Assembly: GCA_003971905.1 (NCBI GenBank)
Contig: RSEE01000032.1
Coordinates: forward strand, 310,001 to 374,000
Reading direction: 5' to 3'
Length of the DNA: 64,000 nucleotides
Origin: Moniliella sp. 'wahieum'
Lineage: Eukaryota
A model generated the notes under the pieces. It was not told the DNA's origin. It was given only the letters and a program-made list of their open reading frames with translations, and did not search any database. Shown piece after piece: positions 51,256-63,748 of this stretch. Both the position numbers and the translations under genes were made by a program. Numbering within the stretch: position 1 is the stretch's first letter; every line of letters begins with the position of its first letter.

Positions 51256-52733
51256 GGTTGCGACCGTGAGGTGTTAAGGCCAATCAACTTGCGCCAGAGG
51301 GTGTAATGGGGACAAGGAGAGGCCGCTCAGTGCCCCTCCCAACAAGGTTCTTTATATGCAAAACGGCTGTTGCACACAACAAGTTGTGTCTGTAGGGGTA
51401 AAATGGGACATCCACCGCCGCTTTCTTCTCAATTAGAGGTCGTGGTTTGAAGCATCCTCCTATTGTGCCTTCAACAGTGTCTCTCCCTGTGAGAAAAACT
51501 GCTTCTGTTTTGTGATTTCCTCACCACGTCGTCCAACGTAATGAACAGTGTGTGCCCCATATTTTTAATTGTTTCCCTGTCCCAGCCTTAAGCATTGTCA
51601 ATTATGATGTGGAGATGCAGAGTATGTCTTCCATGTTATGATGAGCCACGGCCCTTACTACTATAGCAACAACACTCCAATGCTCAGTGGTTGCGGAAAT
51701 GATGCGGCTTATGCGAATGGTGGTTGTGCGAATGATGTGTGTGTATTTGTGCGAAGAATGTTGTGATTATTGTGCGAATCATGTAGTGCTGTTGGGGGTG
51801 GCGCACCTGTGTTTTGGTGTGGTGACATTCATAAGTATGTGTTTGTGCCTATATCTAGTAGGCCGCACAGCCCAAGCACATAGACATCTAGTGGGCCTCT
51901 GCCGGACAGCCCGGCAAGAAACAAAAAGGAGACCGCTGATTATATCATTTGAAGCAACGGCACCCCGGACCTCCCGGGTCGGACCTCTGCAGTAGTTGGG
52001 GCCCCGGGGACCAGCAGAATGATTGGAGTGAGTATATACTCCACACCAAAGAGACTGTGCATAATGTCTCCACCAGAAAAGGAGCCGAGATAGATACGCT
52101 CATACAGATCACGGAGGACACAGAACCGTATTATATAGTAGTGAAGGCTCTCTTCCTTAAATCCTGAGGCGACCGCGCCGTCATTAACTGGCTGATTACT
52201 GCAGATTGGCCCTGACTGATGAAAGGCGCGGGGGAAGCGCATCACGAAGAGCACGGAGAGTGTGTACGAAGTAACACACGACGTAGAAGTCGAGGAGAGA
52301 AGACATCCGGGGGAAAATGAACGGTTTTTAGCGACGAGAAAGTTGGCGATCAGGCTCATGCTGATTTCGTCTCTGGGGCCTAGTGCGGTAGGTAGGGTAT
52401 CATAACGGCGACGGCTCGAAGACCCTGAAATTCCTCGGCAGCCCCGAAAAAAAGCTGTAAGCATCTTTCTATTCAACCGCTATGGGGCGAAGGAACGGAC
52501 TAAAGAGAAACAAGCACAAGATCCTAGGCAAGACGGGGAATGCAATACACGGCGCACACGCGCGGCAAGGCAGGGCCGGGGTGGGACGGAAAACAAGGCC
52601 CGGGTAAAAAGCATAGCGAATGGCTCTCAGAAAAAAGGAGGGAGAAATAAGGGAATGAGTGTAGAGCCAAACGGGGGGGGGAGATTAAACATGTGGTGCA
52701 TGTACATGGGGACAGGAGTATAACTTGAAAAGT

Positions 52734-55727
52734 TTACTCATCGTCGTCCACCTCGAGACGGGTGGCGAACGAGTAGATGTCGGGCTCACCCTCCTCCGAC
52801 TTCTCGTGAACGACAGTGAGACGCTGCAAGTTGGTGAAGAAGTCTTCCAGCACCTCGTTCTTGGTCGAGCGAACGCGGCGACCCATACGGTTGATCCACT
52901 CGAGCTTGTTCAGCACATAGTACACCACCGTGATAATGATAGTCACACCAATCGAGTAGGCCCAAACGCGCACAACGGTAACCACATCCGTCCAGTTGTG
53001 CTTGTTGTGGCGCAAACGGGGCGAGTGGATGTAGCGGGCAATGGGGCCACCGAGCCAGCCAAACAGACAGAAGATAGTGGCAAGGGCGTCAACACCAAGA
53101 ATGGCACCCACCAGCTCCCACGAAGGGATGGTGTTCTCGTCCGAAGTACCCGATCCAAGACGGGTAACAAAGATAAGCCAGTTCTCCGTAAGCGAAACCT
53201 CAAGGAAGAGAATAAGCTGCAGGTTACCGAAGTTCTGGACAATACCACCGTCGGGAAGGAACAGGGTGCCACGGACGATCCAGGTGCCACCAGCAAGCAA
53301 GGCACCGAGGATGGTCGAGATGACCCAAATCTTGGGCAATTGCCACTCGACAGGCTCCTTGGCAGGGGGGCGTTGTCGTACGCAATGGCAATGGTCGCCA
53401 AGTCGGCAAAGAGAGCAATGAAGACAATCAGGTCGGCGCGGATCACCTCGTCACGAATGCAGATCGACAGAAGGAGGTAGATCTCGAGGTGGAGACACAG
53501 CGAAATACGGTACTGGATGTAAGCCTTCATGTGGTGGAAAATCTGGCGGGCAACCTTGATCGAGGTGATGATGGTCGAGAGACCTCGTCCAGGAACACGA
53601 CGTCGGCAGCCGAGCGGGCAGCGTCCGAGGCACCCTCCACAGCAATACCACAGTCAGCCTTCTTGAGCGAGGGAGCGTCGTTGACACCGTCACCCGTCAT
53701 GGCAACCAAGTGACCACGGTGCTGGAGCATCTCGACGACCTGGTACTTGTGCTCGGGGAACACCTCAGCGAAACCGTCGGCAGCCTCAATGAAGTCGTGA
53801 ATGGCCGAACCAGCAAGACCGCCCGAGCCAATCAGGCGCTGCGAGTCGTACACCTTGGTGCCGAGCGAAAGCATCTTGCAAGTCTCCTTGGCAATAGCGA
53901 CAGCGTCACCCGTAAGCATCTTGACAGCGATACCAAGGTTCTGGGCCTCGGCAATGGTAGCAGCCGTGTCCGAGCGAGGAGGGTCAAACATGGGCAGGAG
54001 ACCAAGGAGGTGCCACTCGCCATCGTTGATGGCGACACCGAGCGAACGGAAACCACGCGAGGCAAAGTCACCGGAAACCTTGCGGTACTGGGCGGCCTGC
54101 TCAGGGTCAGGCTGGCAGAGCTTAAGAATAGCGTTGGGGGCACCCTTGGCGGCAATGTACTGCTTGCCGTCCTTCTCGACCTCGGCAGTGATACGCTTCG
54201 ACACGGGGTCGAAGGGAGTGAAGCGGTGGGTGATCCAGCCCGAGGCGAGCTCCTCCTGGGCACCGGGGTAGTCCTTCAGAGTCGAGATGGTAACCTTGTC
54301 AATGGGGTCAAGAGACTGAACGTTGTGCGACGAAGCGAGGGCGGCAACGGCCATCATGTTTAACGTCAACACCCTCCGAGGTGAAGGGCTCGTGAATCGA
54401 AAGCTTGTTGGCTGTAAGGGTACCAGTCTTGTCCGAGCAGAGCACATCGACACCGGCAAGCGACTCAATGGCAGTAAGCTTTTGCACAATGGCTTGGCGC
54501 TTGGCAAGGTAAGCGGCACCAACAGCCATGGTGGTGGTGGTAACGCAAGGAAGACCGACGGGCACACCGACAACGAGGAAGATCAGGGTGTAGGTGAGCA
54601 AGTTGTTCTCCTTGGGCTCAGCAATACCGGTGTGGCGGAAGAAGCCCGAAATCCAGAAGCCAACAACGAATGCCATGACAAGAACCAAAAGAGCGGTACC
54701 GATCGAGTCCATGACCTTTTGGAAGTGACCCTGCGACTCACCGCCGAGCACAAGGGCAGCAGTGCGGCCGACGAAGGTCTGCTTGGCAATGTCCGTGCAG
54801 AGCACGAAACCCTTCCCGCGCTTGCAGCCAGTGGTGTAGAAGACAGTGTCACCGATGTGCTTGTCAACGGCAAGCGACTCGCCAGTAATGGCCGACTGGT
54901 CGCAGGCAATGATAGCAGGGCCTTTGTCGACACCTTCGTCATCGTCCTCACCGTGGGCAGTGGCACGAGCCTTCTCGAGAATAGCAGCAGCCTGGGATCC
55001 GTCCTTGTCGGCGTAGTCGGCAAGAAGACGGCCATCGCAAGGAACGGTCTGACCGTCCTGGACAATAACAATGTCACCGGGGACGACTTCACGGGCCTCA
55101 ATTTCAACCTCCTGACCATTGCGGACAACGAAAGCGCGAAGAGCAATACCAGCCTTCAGCTGGGCGACAATGTCACCAGCTTGCTTCTCTTGGTACCAAC
55201 CGACGAAAGCGTTAAGGGCCAGAATACCACAAATGACACCAAGATCAATCCAGTCACGCAGACACCGGCGAGAGCAGCGGCCAACTCCATCACATAAAGA
55301 ATAGGACCCTTGAAGAAACCGGGAACTTGAGGAAGAGGTTCTCCGAGGGAGCCTCAAGCTCGTTGTAGCCGAACTGAGCGCGGCGGGTTTGGACGTCCGA
55401 GTCGGACACACCCTGCTGCATCGAGGTCTCGAGCCTAGAGAAAATTTGCATCGGTTAACATGAATTCCGGCACGAGCAGAGAAAGGGAGACACGTACCAG
55501 CTAGAAGGAACCTTGGGAGCGACCGTCTCCTGCTCACCATCCTTGTTGACGCGAATCTCGCGCACCTTCCAGGGACGGAGGATTTCGCGCTTGCGCACGA
55601 TCTGGATGTCGTTGTTTTCGCCCTCGTCGGCATTGGCAGCCTTCTGGGCCTTGATGAAGTCAAGAAGCGAGGCGTACTCGTCGTTAACTTGGCTCCCGTA
55701 GGAGCCCTTGGGGTGCTCGTCAGACAT
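52734..55727 (-). CDS. PMA1: Plasma membrane H+-ATPase (P3A)
   Basis: DQSAITGESLAV, GVPVGLP, CSDKTGTLT, PFDPVSKR, KGAP, FDPPR, MLTGD, MTGDGVNDAP, FADLAT and LTENWLIF; intron near 55436-55496. Confidence 0.98.
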
Positions 55728-57554
55728 GGTCGGAATGCCTGCGGAGCGGGGTGGGTGGGAGGCGGGCGGGGAGCGCGGCCGGACGGCAGGGGCGCGGGCG
55801 GTGGTGGTGGGGGGGCGGGGGGTGGTCGGGGTGGGGGGAGAGAGACGTCCGTCCAAATCTGGCCGGAGACGGTGGGCTTATAAGCACGCCAACATTCTTG
55901 CCTTGAGCAACCACATCCGTTGTTTGGGTGGGCACGGCGTCAGTGTGCCAGTGAGTGGATGAGCGCCGCCGGCGTCGCGTGGGGGCTAGTGCGAGGGGAC
56001 CAGCAACTGCCCCCGTGCGGTCAGCGTTGGATCAGGCACGGAAGCGTCTTCGCAATTGCCGACGAACTCTACTGCACGTTCGTTCGATCGGCCTGCAGCT
56101 GGGCGCCAGTGTTGTACGGCCCGTGCGCTTCTACGCGGCAGCCTAACAAGACGCACGCGGCTGTCCTTCGGGGAGGTCATCGGGTCACAGGTTACTAGTT
56201 ACTAGTTGCTAGTGACTGGTGACTTGCATGGACTGGCTACTAGTCCCGCCCGTCCTGGGTTACCGGTTACTAGGCGACCGGTGAGCTCCCCAACCGCTGC
56301 AGACGGGAACACTCCCTCTTATTTTCTTCTTGGGGGCATGGGTTTCACATGCGTCGCATGATGTGCATGATGCATGACATCCATGACAAGTCACATGCGC
56401 ATCACGCTTTCTTGAATCCATCGTGTCATGCATAATTGCGTCGCATCGAAATCGACCATCTATAGTCAACTTGACATCAACCCAATTGATCGTCAAAGCG
56501 TCCCACGTATCTTCAAGAACTTCAATAGCTTCAATATTCAATTCTCAGAGATCTGAGATAGTCTCAGGCCGAGGGTCAGATCTCAGAGCCTAATCAAATC
56601 TGTGTGACCTGGTATGTGACGCATGTGCCAGCGATGCATGATGGGTGACCGGTGACGCGTAGAATCATACTGCAGGAGCTACAAGTTAGAGACTTTGAAT
56701 GTCCCTGTCATGCATCATGTTATGCTGGCAGCTAAGGCCTAGCAGAATGCCTAAATTTAAGATCGAACATCGATGATCCAGTATCCTCTTCTTTGCGCCC
56801 TGCGCCAATCCTGTGCCCCTGTTCCATATGCCCTAAATGTGATGCAACAGGCCCTCGAGGCCAACATCGATCATCGAGCCGTCGGCGCGTCAGGCCCATC
56901 ATCGACATCATCAGGCCCTCAGGCCTGCCTCAGGGTCATGCAGGTCATGCATCATGAGCTGCACTATTCGCTCTCAGACTGCGACGTCCCCATCATGCAT
57001 CATGTATGGTGCCACACTGGCTTTCTCTCTCACTGATATTGCGTTTTCAGAGAATGAGCGCGAGCTCGCTAAGCGCTAAGCGCTAAGGCCGGAAGGAGAG
57101 GATGGGCGGCAGGGTGCGCATGCGGATACGGTATGCTAGCCCGGACTTGCCGGACTTGCCCGGACTTGTCCATGAGCGGGTTTGGTCCGAATCGGTTCTC
57201 CGAACGGAGGGCCAATTATTAATTGGCCCTCGGCCTGAGGCCTGATTAATGATTGGCCTGATACACATTGCGGCCGGTGCAGCTCTGCAGCCTTGTGCCG
57301 CCCTCTGCCGCATTCCGCCCCTCCACCTCTGTTCCTACAGAGACTGCACCCCGTCCCACGCAGCAGAGGGGCAGCACTCTATTTTCCCGATGGCGGGTCT
57401 CAACTGACCACTCTCCCTGCACCCATGATAACGATCACGATCATGGATAGACCAGGCGAGGATTGAATAGGATGTGTGATACGTGGTGTTCAATTGATCA
57501 TTGATCTCGTCGTTCATCGATCTCATCGAGCTCATGCATGCAATGGTTCATGCG

Positions 57555-57760
57555 TTGGTTCAACGTTGGTTCAACGTCAACTTCACGTTCAACGTTCAAC
57601 GTTCAACTAGTTGAACGTTCAGTACGTTCAACGTTCAACGTCGTCAACGTTGATTTCAACGCGCCTCCACCCTCCACCTTCAAGCTCTTCAAGCTTCAAG
57701 CTTCAAGGGTTCAAGCTTCAAGGTTCAACTGAACGACTTGAACGTTCAGCGCGTTCAGCG
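57555..57760. repeat. Degenerate heptamer arrays (TTCAACG)n and (TTCAAGC)n
   Basis: Directly visible; more than 15 units, in both orientations. Confidence 0.9.
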
Positions 57761-58512
57761 TTGGTTCGCTGGCATTCCTAAAAATGCGCTCGTAAGCTGC
57801 CCCTTCGCCGACAACATCGGATGCTGCCAAAAGGAGGCAAGCACACTTTTGGAAAGATCCGTATAACTCCCTGGCCACGTGCATAGATCACCGGTCAGGC
57901 ATCATACATCATGCACATCATGTCCCGTCCCTTTCCTCCCTGAACCCTGGGCCTGCCTCTTTTTGCCCCGCCGCAGCCAATCGCTTTTTCGGGTGCCTGG
58001 TGGTATATGGCCAAAGCGATTGTTGTAAGACGGGGGCACTGTGGATGCACAGTCGAATCTGCGGCCCAACCTGCCGTCAGAAGAATGGGAGAGCTTAACG
58101 CGCGCACGCTAATAAACAGGTTGTACGCGCTTAGCGCTTTTATAGGGGCCTAAGCCCTAAGGCCTTGTCCATGTCAGCGCTCAGCGCGAGCACGCCTAAT
58201 CAGGTTGAACGCTGCACGTGACTGCGACCTCTCCAGTGGCGAAACGGATTGGGGCCTCTGAGGCGGATGGCACTGAGAAGACGAATGTGGGTGCTAGGGC
58301 TGCCACGCGTCCGGCTGGAAATTGAAATGTGGCATTTGGCTGGGTTGAAAGTTGAAGGAGGATGGGTGTGCACGTGGCTGCCCCGGAGCTGGCGCATGGG
58401 CGCTTACGTACGCGTGCCCCCGCACCACGCGCCAGGAGGGCAATGGGGGTGGTACATGTGGACGCCGAATGTTCGACCACCCTCGATAGCCAGTCCCAGC
58501 GCCAGAAGGGTT

Positions 58513-60631
58513 ATGCGCCGCCTTCTGTCCACGCTTCCTGCCTCCACCACCTCCTCCGCACCCCGACCTTTCCTCCCGCCCCGCCCCGTGCTGCCCATTG
58601 GCCTCCGCGCCCCTGCCCTCTCGGTCTGCCTCGTCTCCTCCCTCCGCCCTCGCCGCCCCCCGTCCCCCATCTACGCGCCATGTCCGCTGTGCCTGCGTCT
58701 GCTCTCCAGGCTGGACCCCCCCGCCGCCCGACGCTGTCCCGGGCCCTTTCTCTCCCGCGAGGACAAGCACACTCTTTCCAACCCCAAGGACATCCGCACC
58801 CGCCACACGCACATTGACTGGTCCATCGACTGGTCTGCTCAGCTTATCAAGGGCACCGTCACCCACAGCATGCTCGTCACTGCTGACAGCGTGACCGAGG
58901 CTATTTTTGACACCTCCTACCTGGCTATCGAGTCGGTCCAGGTTGACGGCAAGCCTGCTACTTTACCCTCGATTCGCGTAAGGGCCGCTTGGGCGCGGCG
59001 CTGCATGTGAGCCTCGTGGCAAGCAAGGGTGCAACTCCTCAGGTGGCTATCACCTACTCGACCACCGACAAGTGCACCGCTCTCGGCTGGCTGACCAAAG
59101 ATCAAACTGCAGGCAAGACTGCCCCTTTCCTCTATTCCCAGTGCGAGGCGATCCATGCGCGTTCCCTCCTGCCGTGCCAGGACACGCCGGCGTACAAGCT
59201 GACGTACACCTCCTCGGTCAAGTCGGACATCCCGGTGCTTATGTCTGCCCTGCCTACCCACGGGCACAAATACGGGGCCGAACTCAACGCCTCGTCCGAG
59301 GTGCGTGAGTACACATTTGAGCAGAAGATCTCCATCCCCACCTACCTGATTGCCATTCTCGGGGGCCACGTTGCCTTCCGGACCCTGGGCCCGCGCACGG
59401 GGGTGTACGCGGAACCGCCACTGGCGGACAAGGCGCAGTGGGAGTTCGAAGCGGATGCGGAGAAGTTCCTTGCTGCAGCAGAGAAGCTGGTGAGCCCCTA
59501 CTCGTGGACCCGGTACGACTGCGTCATCCTGCCCCCCTCCTTCCCTATGGGTGGGATGGAGAACGCGAACCTTACCACGCTTACGCCTTCGCTCATCACT
59601 GGCACCCGGAGCCTGACGGACGTTGTGGCTCACGAGCTGATGCACTCGTGGGCGGGCAACTTGACTTCCTGTGCCGACTGGCCCTCGTTCTGGTGCAACG
59701 AGTCCTGGACCGTGTACCTCGAACGCCTCGTGCTCCAGGAAGTGCATGGCGGGTACCACTCCGCCGATGGCCGCGCTGCCCGCGGCTTTTCGTACATTAT
59801 TGGTGCCAAGGCGCTACAGGACGCGCTGGCCGAGTTCCGGAACAACCCTCGCTTCCAGCGTCTGGTGCCTGTCTTCCACGGCTTTGAGGACCCCGACGAT
59901 GCCTTTAGCTCCATTCCGTATGAAAGGGAAGCAACCTGCTTCTCTACCTTGAGCACCTGGTCGGCGGTTTGGACGTCTTCCTTCCCTATGTCAAGGCGTA
60001 TTTCAAGGCCTTCTTTGACCGCTCCGTCACCACCGACGAGTGGCAGACCCACCTTTTCACCTACTTTGAGTCCAACCCCGAGATTTTGGGTAAGCTCAAA
60101 TCGGTTGAGTGGGAGGCCTGGCTGCATGGTGAGGGGGAGCAGCTGCCCATCGACATGACCCCTTACTATGATGATACCCTCGCTGTGCAAGCCTTTGCCT
60201 TGGCGCAGCGCTGGCAGCGGGCCATTGCAGCGGGCTCAAGCAAGAAGGCAAACGAGGAGTTTGTCAAGGGCGATGTGGCCGACTTTAATGCCAACCAGGT
60301 CGTGGTCTTCCTCGAACGCTTGCACTCTGGCCCCCAGTCCCCCTCTCCATTGTGAAGAGCTGGACGAGGTCTACGAGTTGAGTAAAGAGACCAATGGCGA
60401 GATCCTCCTTCGTTTCTTCGAGGTGGCACTCGAGGAGGAAAAGTCTGAGTTTGCTCTGCAGGCAGCTAAGTGGGTCCAGACCCAGGGGCGGATGAAGTTT
60501 GCTCGCCCCATCTACCGTGCCCTGTTCAAGTTGGACCAGGACCTGGCACGCTCCACCTTCGAGGAGGCCCGTCGTTCTACCACCCTATCGCGGTGACCCA
60601 GTTGGAAAAGGACTTGAAGCTGATTGCTTGA
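58513..60631 (+). CDS. LAP2: Leukotriene A4 hydrolase / M1 leucine aminopeptidase (second ATG at 58680)
   Basis: YSQCEAIHARS..PCQDTP, IPTYLIA, LPPSFPMGGMEN, HELMH-x18-E, DPDDAFSSIPYE and QGRMKFARPIYR. Confidence 0.96.
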
Positions 60632-61777
60632 GCTCATGATCCTTTCTGATTGGGTTATTACCTCTCATCAATGTGCTCTTTCTGCATAGATCTTACTGCT
60701 ATTCGCATGTGTGTCGGTATGGGTGGCACCATAGAAAGGCAGTGCAGTGGTAGCCCCTAGTAGAAGAATCGTTCACGTATGTGATCAATGTACCTGTTTC
60801 CTTTCGCCACACTGAACTCGAGTCCATCCATCTCTCTGTGCGGCAGAAGAGTTTCCTGGCAGCTTGAGTCCGTGTTGCAGGTCGGGAGATCGTTCCCTCT
60901 TTCTGACCACAGCTGTACGTCCCGACGGGCTCTAACAGCCACGCGCAAAACCCAATTTCGACTTGCGCGACCTGTTGCTGGACCGGACCCATCAACGTAC
61001 TTGGCCCTTCCGCAGTTGCGACGGGGTCCAGGACGGGTACACGCTGCACAGCACCAAAGGTGAGGCGACGCATGCTATATGGTCCCCTTGAACACCGTGG
61101 TGGTGGATGGGATTGCGAGAGGATGAGGGTCATGCCATTCACACTGCTTTAAAAGTTCTCGGTACTACTAGCACGTACACTCAGGGCGGGAAAAGACCGG
61201 GGCTAAAGGGAATGCCCGGCAGCTAAGGGGCCCGCACAAGCACATCCACTCGACCCACCCGCAGCCGGCCTAATACACGGCAGGCAGGCAGGGCCATCTG
61301 GGTCATCTACCATAGGCAGAAGAATGTCGCCAGTGCGGCACAGGCCCCGGGACCAAAGTCGCGGGGCTTGTTCTTCTCCCGCTCTCCTTCGATACACCCT
61401 ACGTCGATATACCGAAGCATGGGGGAAGCCCGCAATGGCGGCGCAGGCCCAACAGGCGGTCGAGCAGCATGCTGCAGTGATTATTGAGGGAGAAATTGGG
61501 GCTGTATTGTGGCGCAGAAACTACGCAGTCAGGCTAGTCGGGCCAATGTGGATCGGAATAAGGATGAGGGCGAAGACTGTAGCGAGGACAGATGAAGACG
61601 ATGAAGGAATGGTGAGAAAAACTACAAGAACAAGAACAAGAACAAAACGGCACACAAAGAGGAACGACCACTAGCAAGCGGCTTCGGACCTAAACTTGCC
61701 CATTATGCCTATCCCCTGCAATCTACTCTGTTTCCTGTACTCCCTTGGATCGACCGGCAGAGGAGACGTGTCATATA

Positions 61778-63748
61778 TTAGGGACGCCAATAGGACCCAA
61801 CTAAGTTAATCAGTCGCCGATGCCGACCGGGCGCGGGCTGTCCCGTGCTAGAGTCAGCGTCGGGCGCAGAACTGGGTTCCTCCTTCACACATTCCTCGTT
61901 GGGAGAAGTGGAAACCAAGTCTTTCCGTACCGGATCCTCCTTAGGAGGAGGCTGGGATTCCTGGGAGGTAGCTTCATCCAGAGTCGGATCCGCTCCAGAC
62001 ACAACCGTCCAAAGTGTCCGTGGGAGGGGCTCCCTCGGTTTCCGGCTGTGTAGGCGTCCTGTGCGGGTCGTCAGACTTGGTGTCAGTGGAGACCTGCTCC
62101 ACCTCATGGGATGCTTCCACCTGACGGGAACCTTCGGAGGGTCCCCCCACCTTTTCGTCGGCTGACTCAACCATGGCCGAACTTTCAGGTCTAGGTTCGG
62201 CCAGCGTCAGGTCGTTGCTCCCCTCAGCCTGCAAAGTTGGAGCTAGAGAAGGTTGCTCATGACCCGGATCTGCTAAGAGAGGCACCGCCGGTGCGGGGCG
62301 GGCTTGCAGCCCCTTGGCCTGAGCACGGGTATGCGCATCCAGGTCGTCCACCTCATCGACCTGGCCGGGAGGCACACCCAGGTCGCCATCTCGGATCCCA
62401 GTGTTGGACGTGGGGTCCAGGCAAGGGGCGTGTCAACTCTAGCCCGCTTAGGGGGACTGCTTTCTTCTTCCTCCAAGGTGCGCTTGAGGCCCACGGGTGC
62501 CGTAGGCGCCGTCTCGTCCCCGATGGGGCGGCGGGGGCGTCCTCCTCAGACGAGGTGCGGAGGAAAGGGATCGGTACCCAGAGCGGCTCCTGTGTTTTGG
62601 GACGGTGCCATGGCACGGCGGACGCATTGGAGAGTGTGCGAAGGCGTTTGGGGGGGGGAGCCCAGACCCCCGGGGGGGAGGCTCATGGCACGCACAGGCG
62701 GCTCAGGTTCTGGGTGCTCAATATCCAGTGCCTCCTCAACGCCCCGTTCCTCCCTTGGCACTTCCCCTTGCACCTCTTTTGCCTCGGAATCTTCCGCCTC
62801 GGGGCCGGAAAGGCCCCTCTGCGCGCCGAGACGGCGAGAGTACGCTTGACGGCATACACGTACTTAGGGAGTGAGGTGTACCACCGCTGAGGTTCGAGCA
62901 CCAACTCGCACAACCTCTGGATTGTAAACGGGGGCAGGGGGTCTTCCTCCCCCAAGAACTCGTCCAGCATATCGCAGAGCAGTCCATATTCTCCGCATTC
63001 ATCTGGGTTGAAGGTGCGGCCCCAAGACGCGTTGTTGCCGGGGGTGGCAGAAGCGGTGCAGGGTAGAAACGGTCCAGGTCGCCTGGGCGTACGTCCAAAC
63101 CTTGGTCCCTCGCTATCTCCAAAACAGAAGGAGGTTTTCGCACCGTTTCTTGCGGATCGAGGGTTTGTGGCTCCTCCTCGCGCGCGGGACGGAGACAGTG
63201 AAGCGATTTTGAAGGGCCAGGGCGGCGGAGGCGGCAACCTCTGGAGCAGACTGGGGAGACGGCTCCTTTTCGGGAACGGGAGGGTCGGAGGGATAGGGAG
63301 GAAAGTAGCGGCGGTATTCAGGGCGGGTGGCGAGGGCAGTGTGCAAGGGGGGAGAGGGCGGGATGGAAAGCCGCGTCCGCGGGAGAGTGCCCTCCGAGAC
63401 GGAGAGGCCACTTGGGCCGGCGGGAGGCAGCTCGGTGGCAGTGGCGGTGGTGGTGGCGGTGCCTACAGCAGCGTTGGGTGGGTAGAGAGACGGATAGTCG
63501 CTCTGCAGCGCCTCCTTCGGGGGTTGGGGAGCAGGCAGGTCGAAGAGGATGGCGTGGAGCTGGAACTTGAGCGCAGCACACAGACGAGGCCAAGGGATGG
63601 CGGTGAGGTAGTACTCTGCGCCGGGGTCTGCCTCGGCGACGTGGGATATGTGGCCCCAGAAGCGTCGTCCCACACAAAGCATTCAGGCACGGGGCGCCGG
63701 GAGCGCGGGCGACGGCGCCGCGGGCGACGCGGGCGACAAGGCAGCCAT
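61778..63748 (-). CDS. Protein phosphatase 4 regulatory subunit 2 (PPP4R2/Psy4-like)
   Basis: MLDEF..PPFTIQRLCELVLEP..Y..LPKY..AV.R.L.VS signature, PLxxPIPFL and GQVDEVD; several indels, and the stop position is approximate. Confidence 0.88.

Noticed and set aside
52725..55297. Long plus-strand ORFs antisense to PMA1 (and similar ones opposite RPS2, LTA4H and RDS2)
   Set aside because: Shadow ORFs caused by high GC3 codon bias; no protein-like motifs.
57555..57760. Repeat cluster as a CRISPR array
   Set aside because: Eukaryotic context, 7-bp units, no unique spacers and no cas genes.
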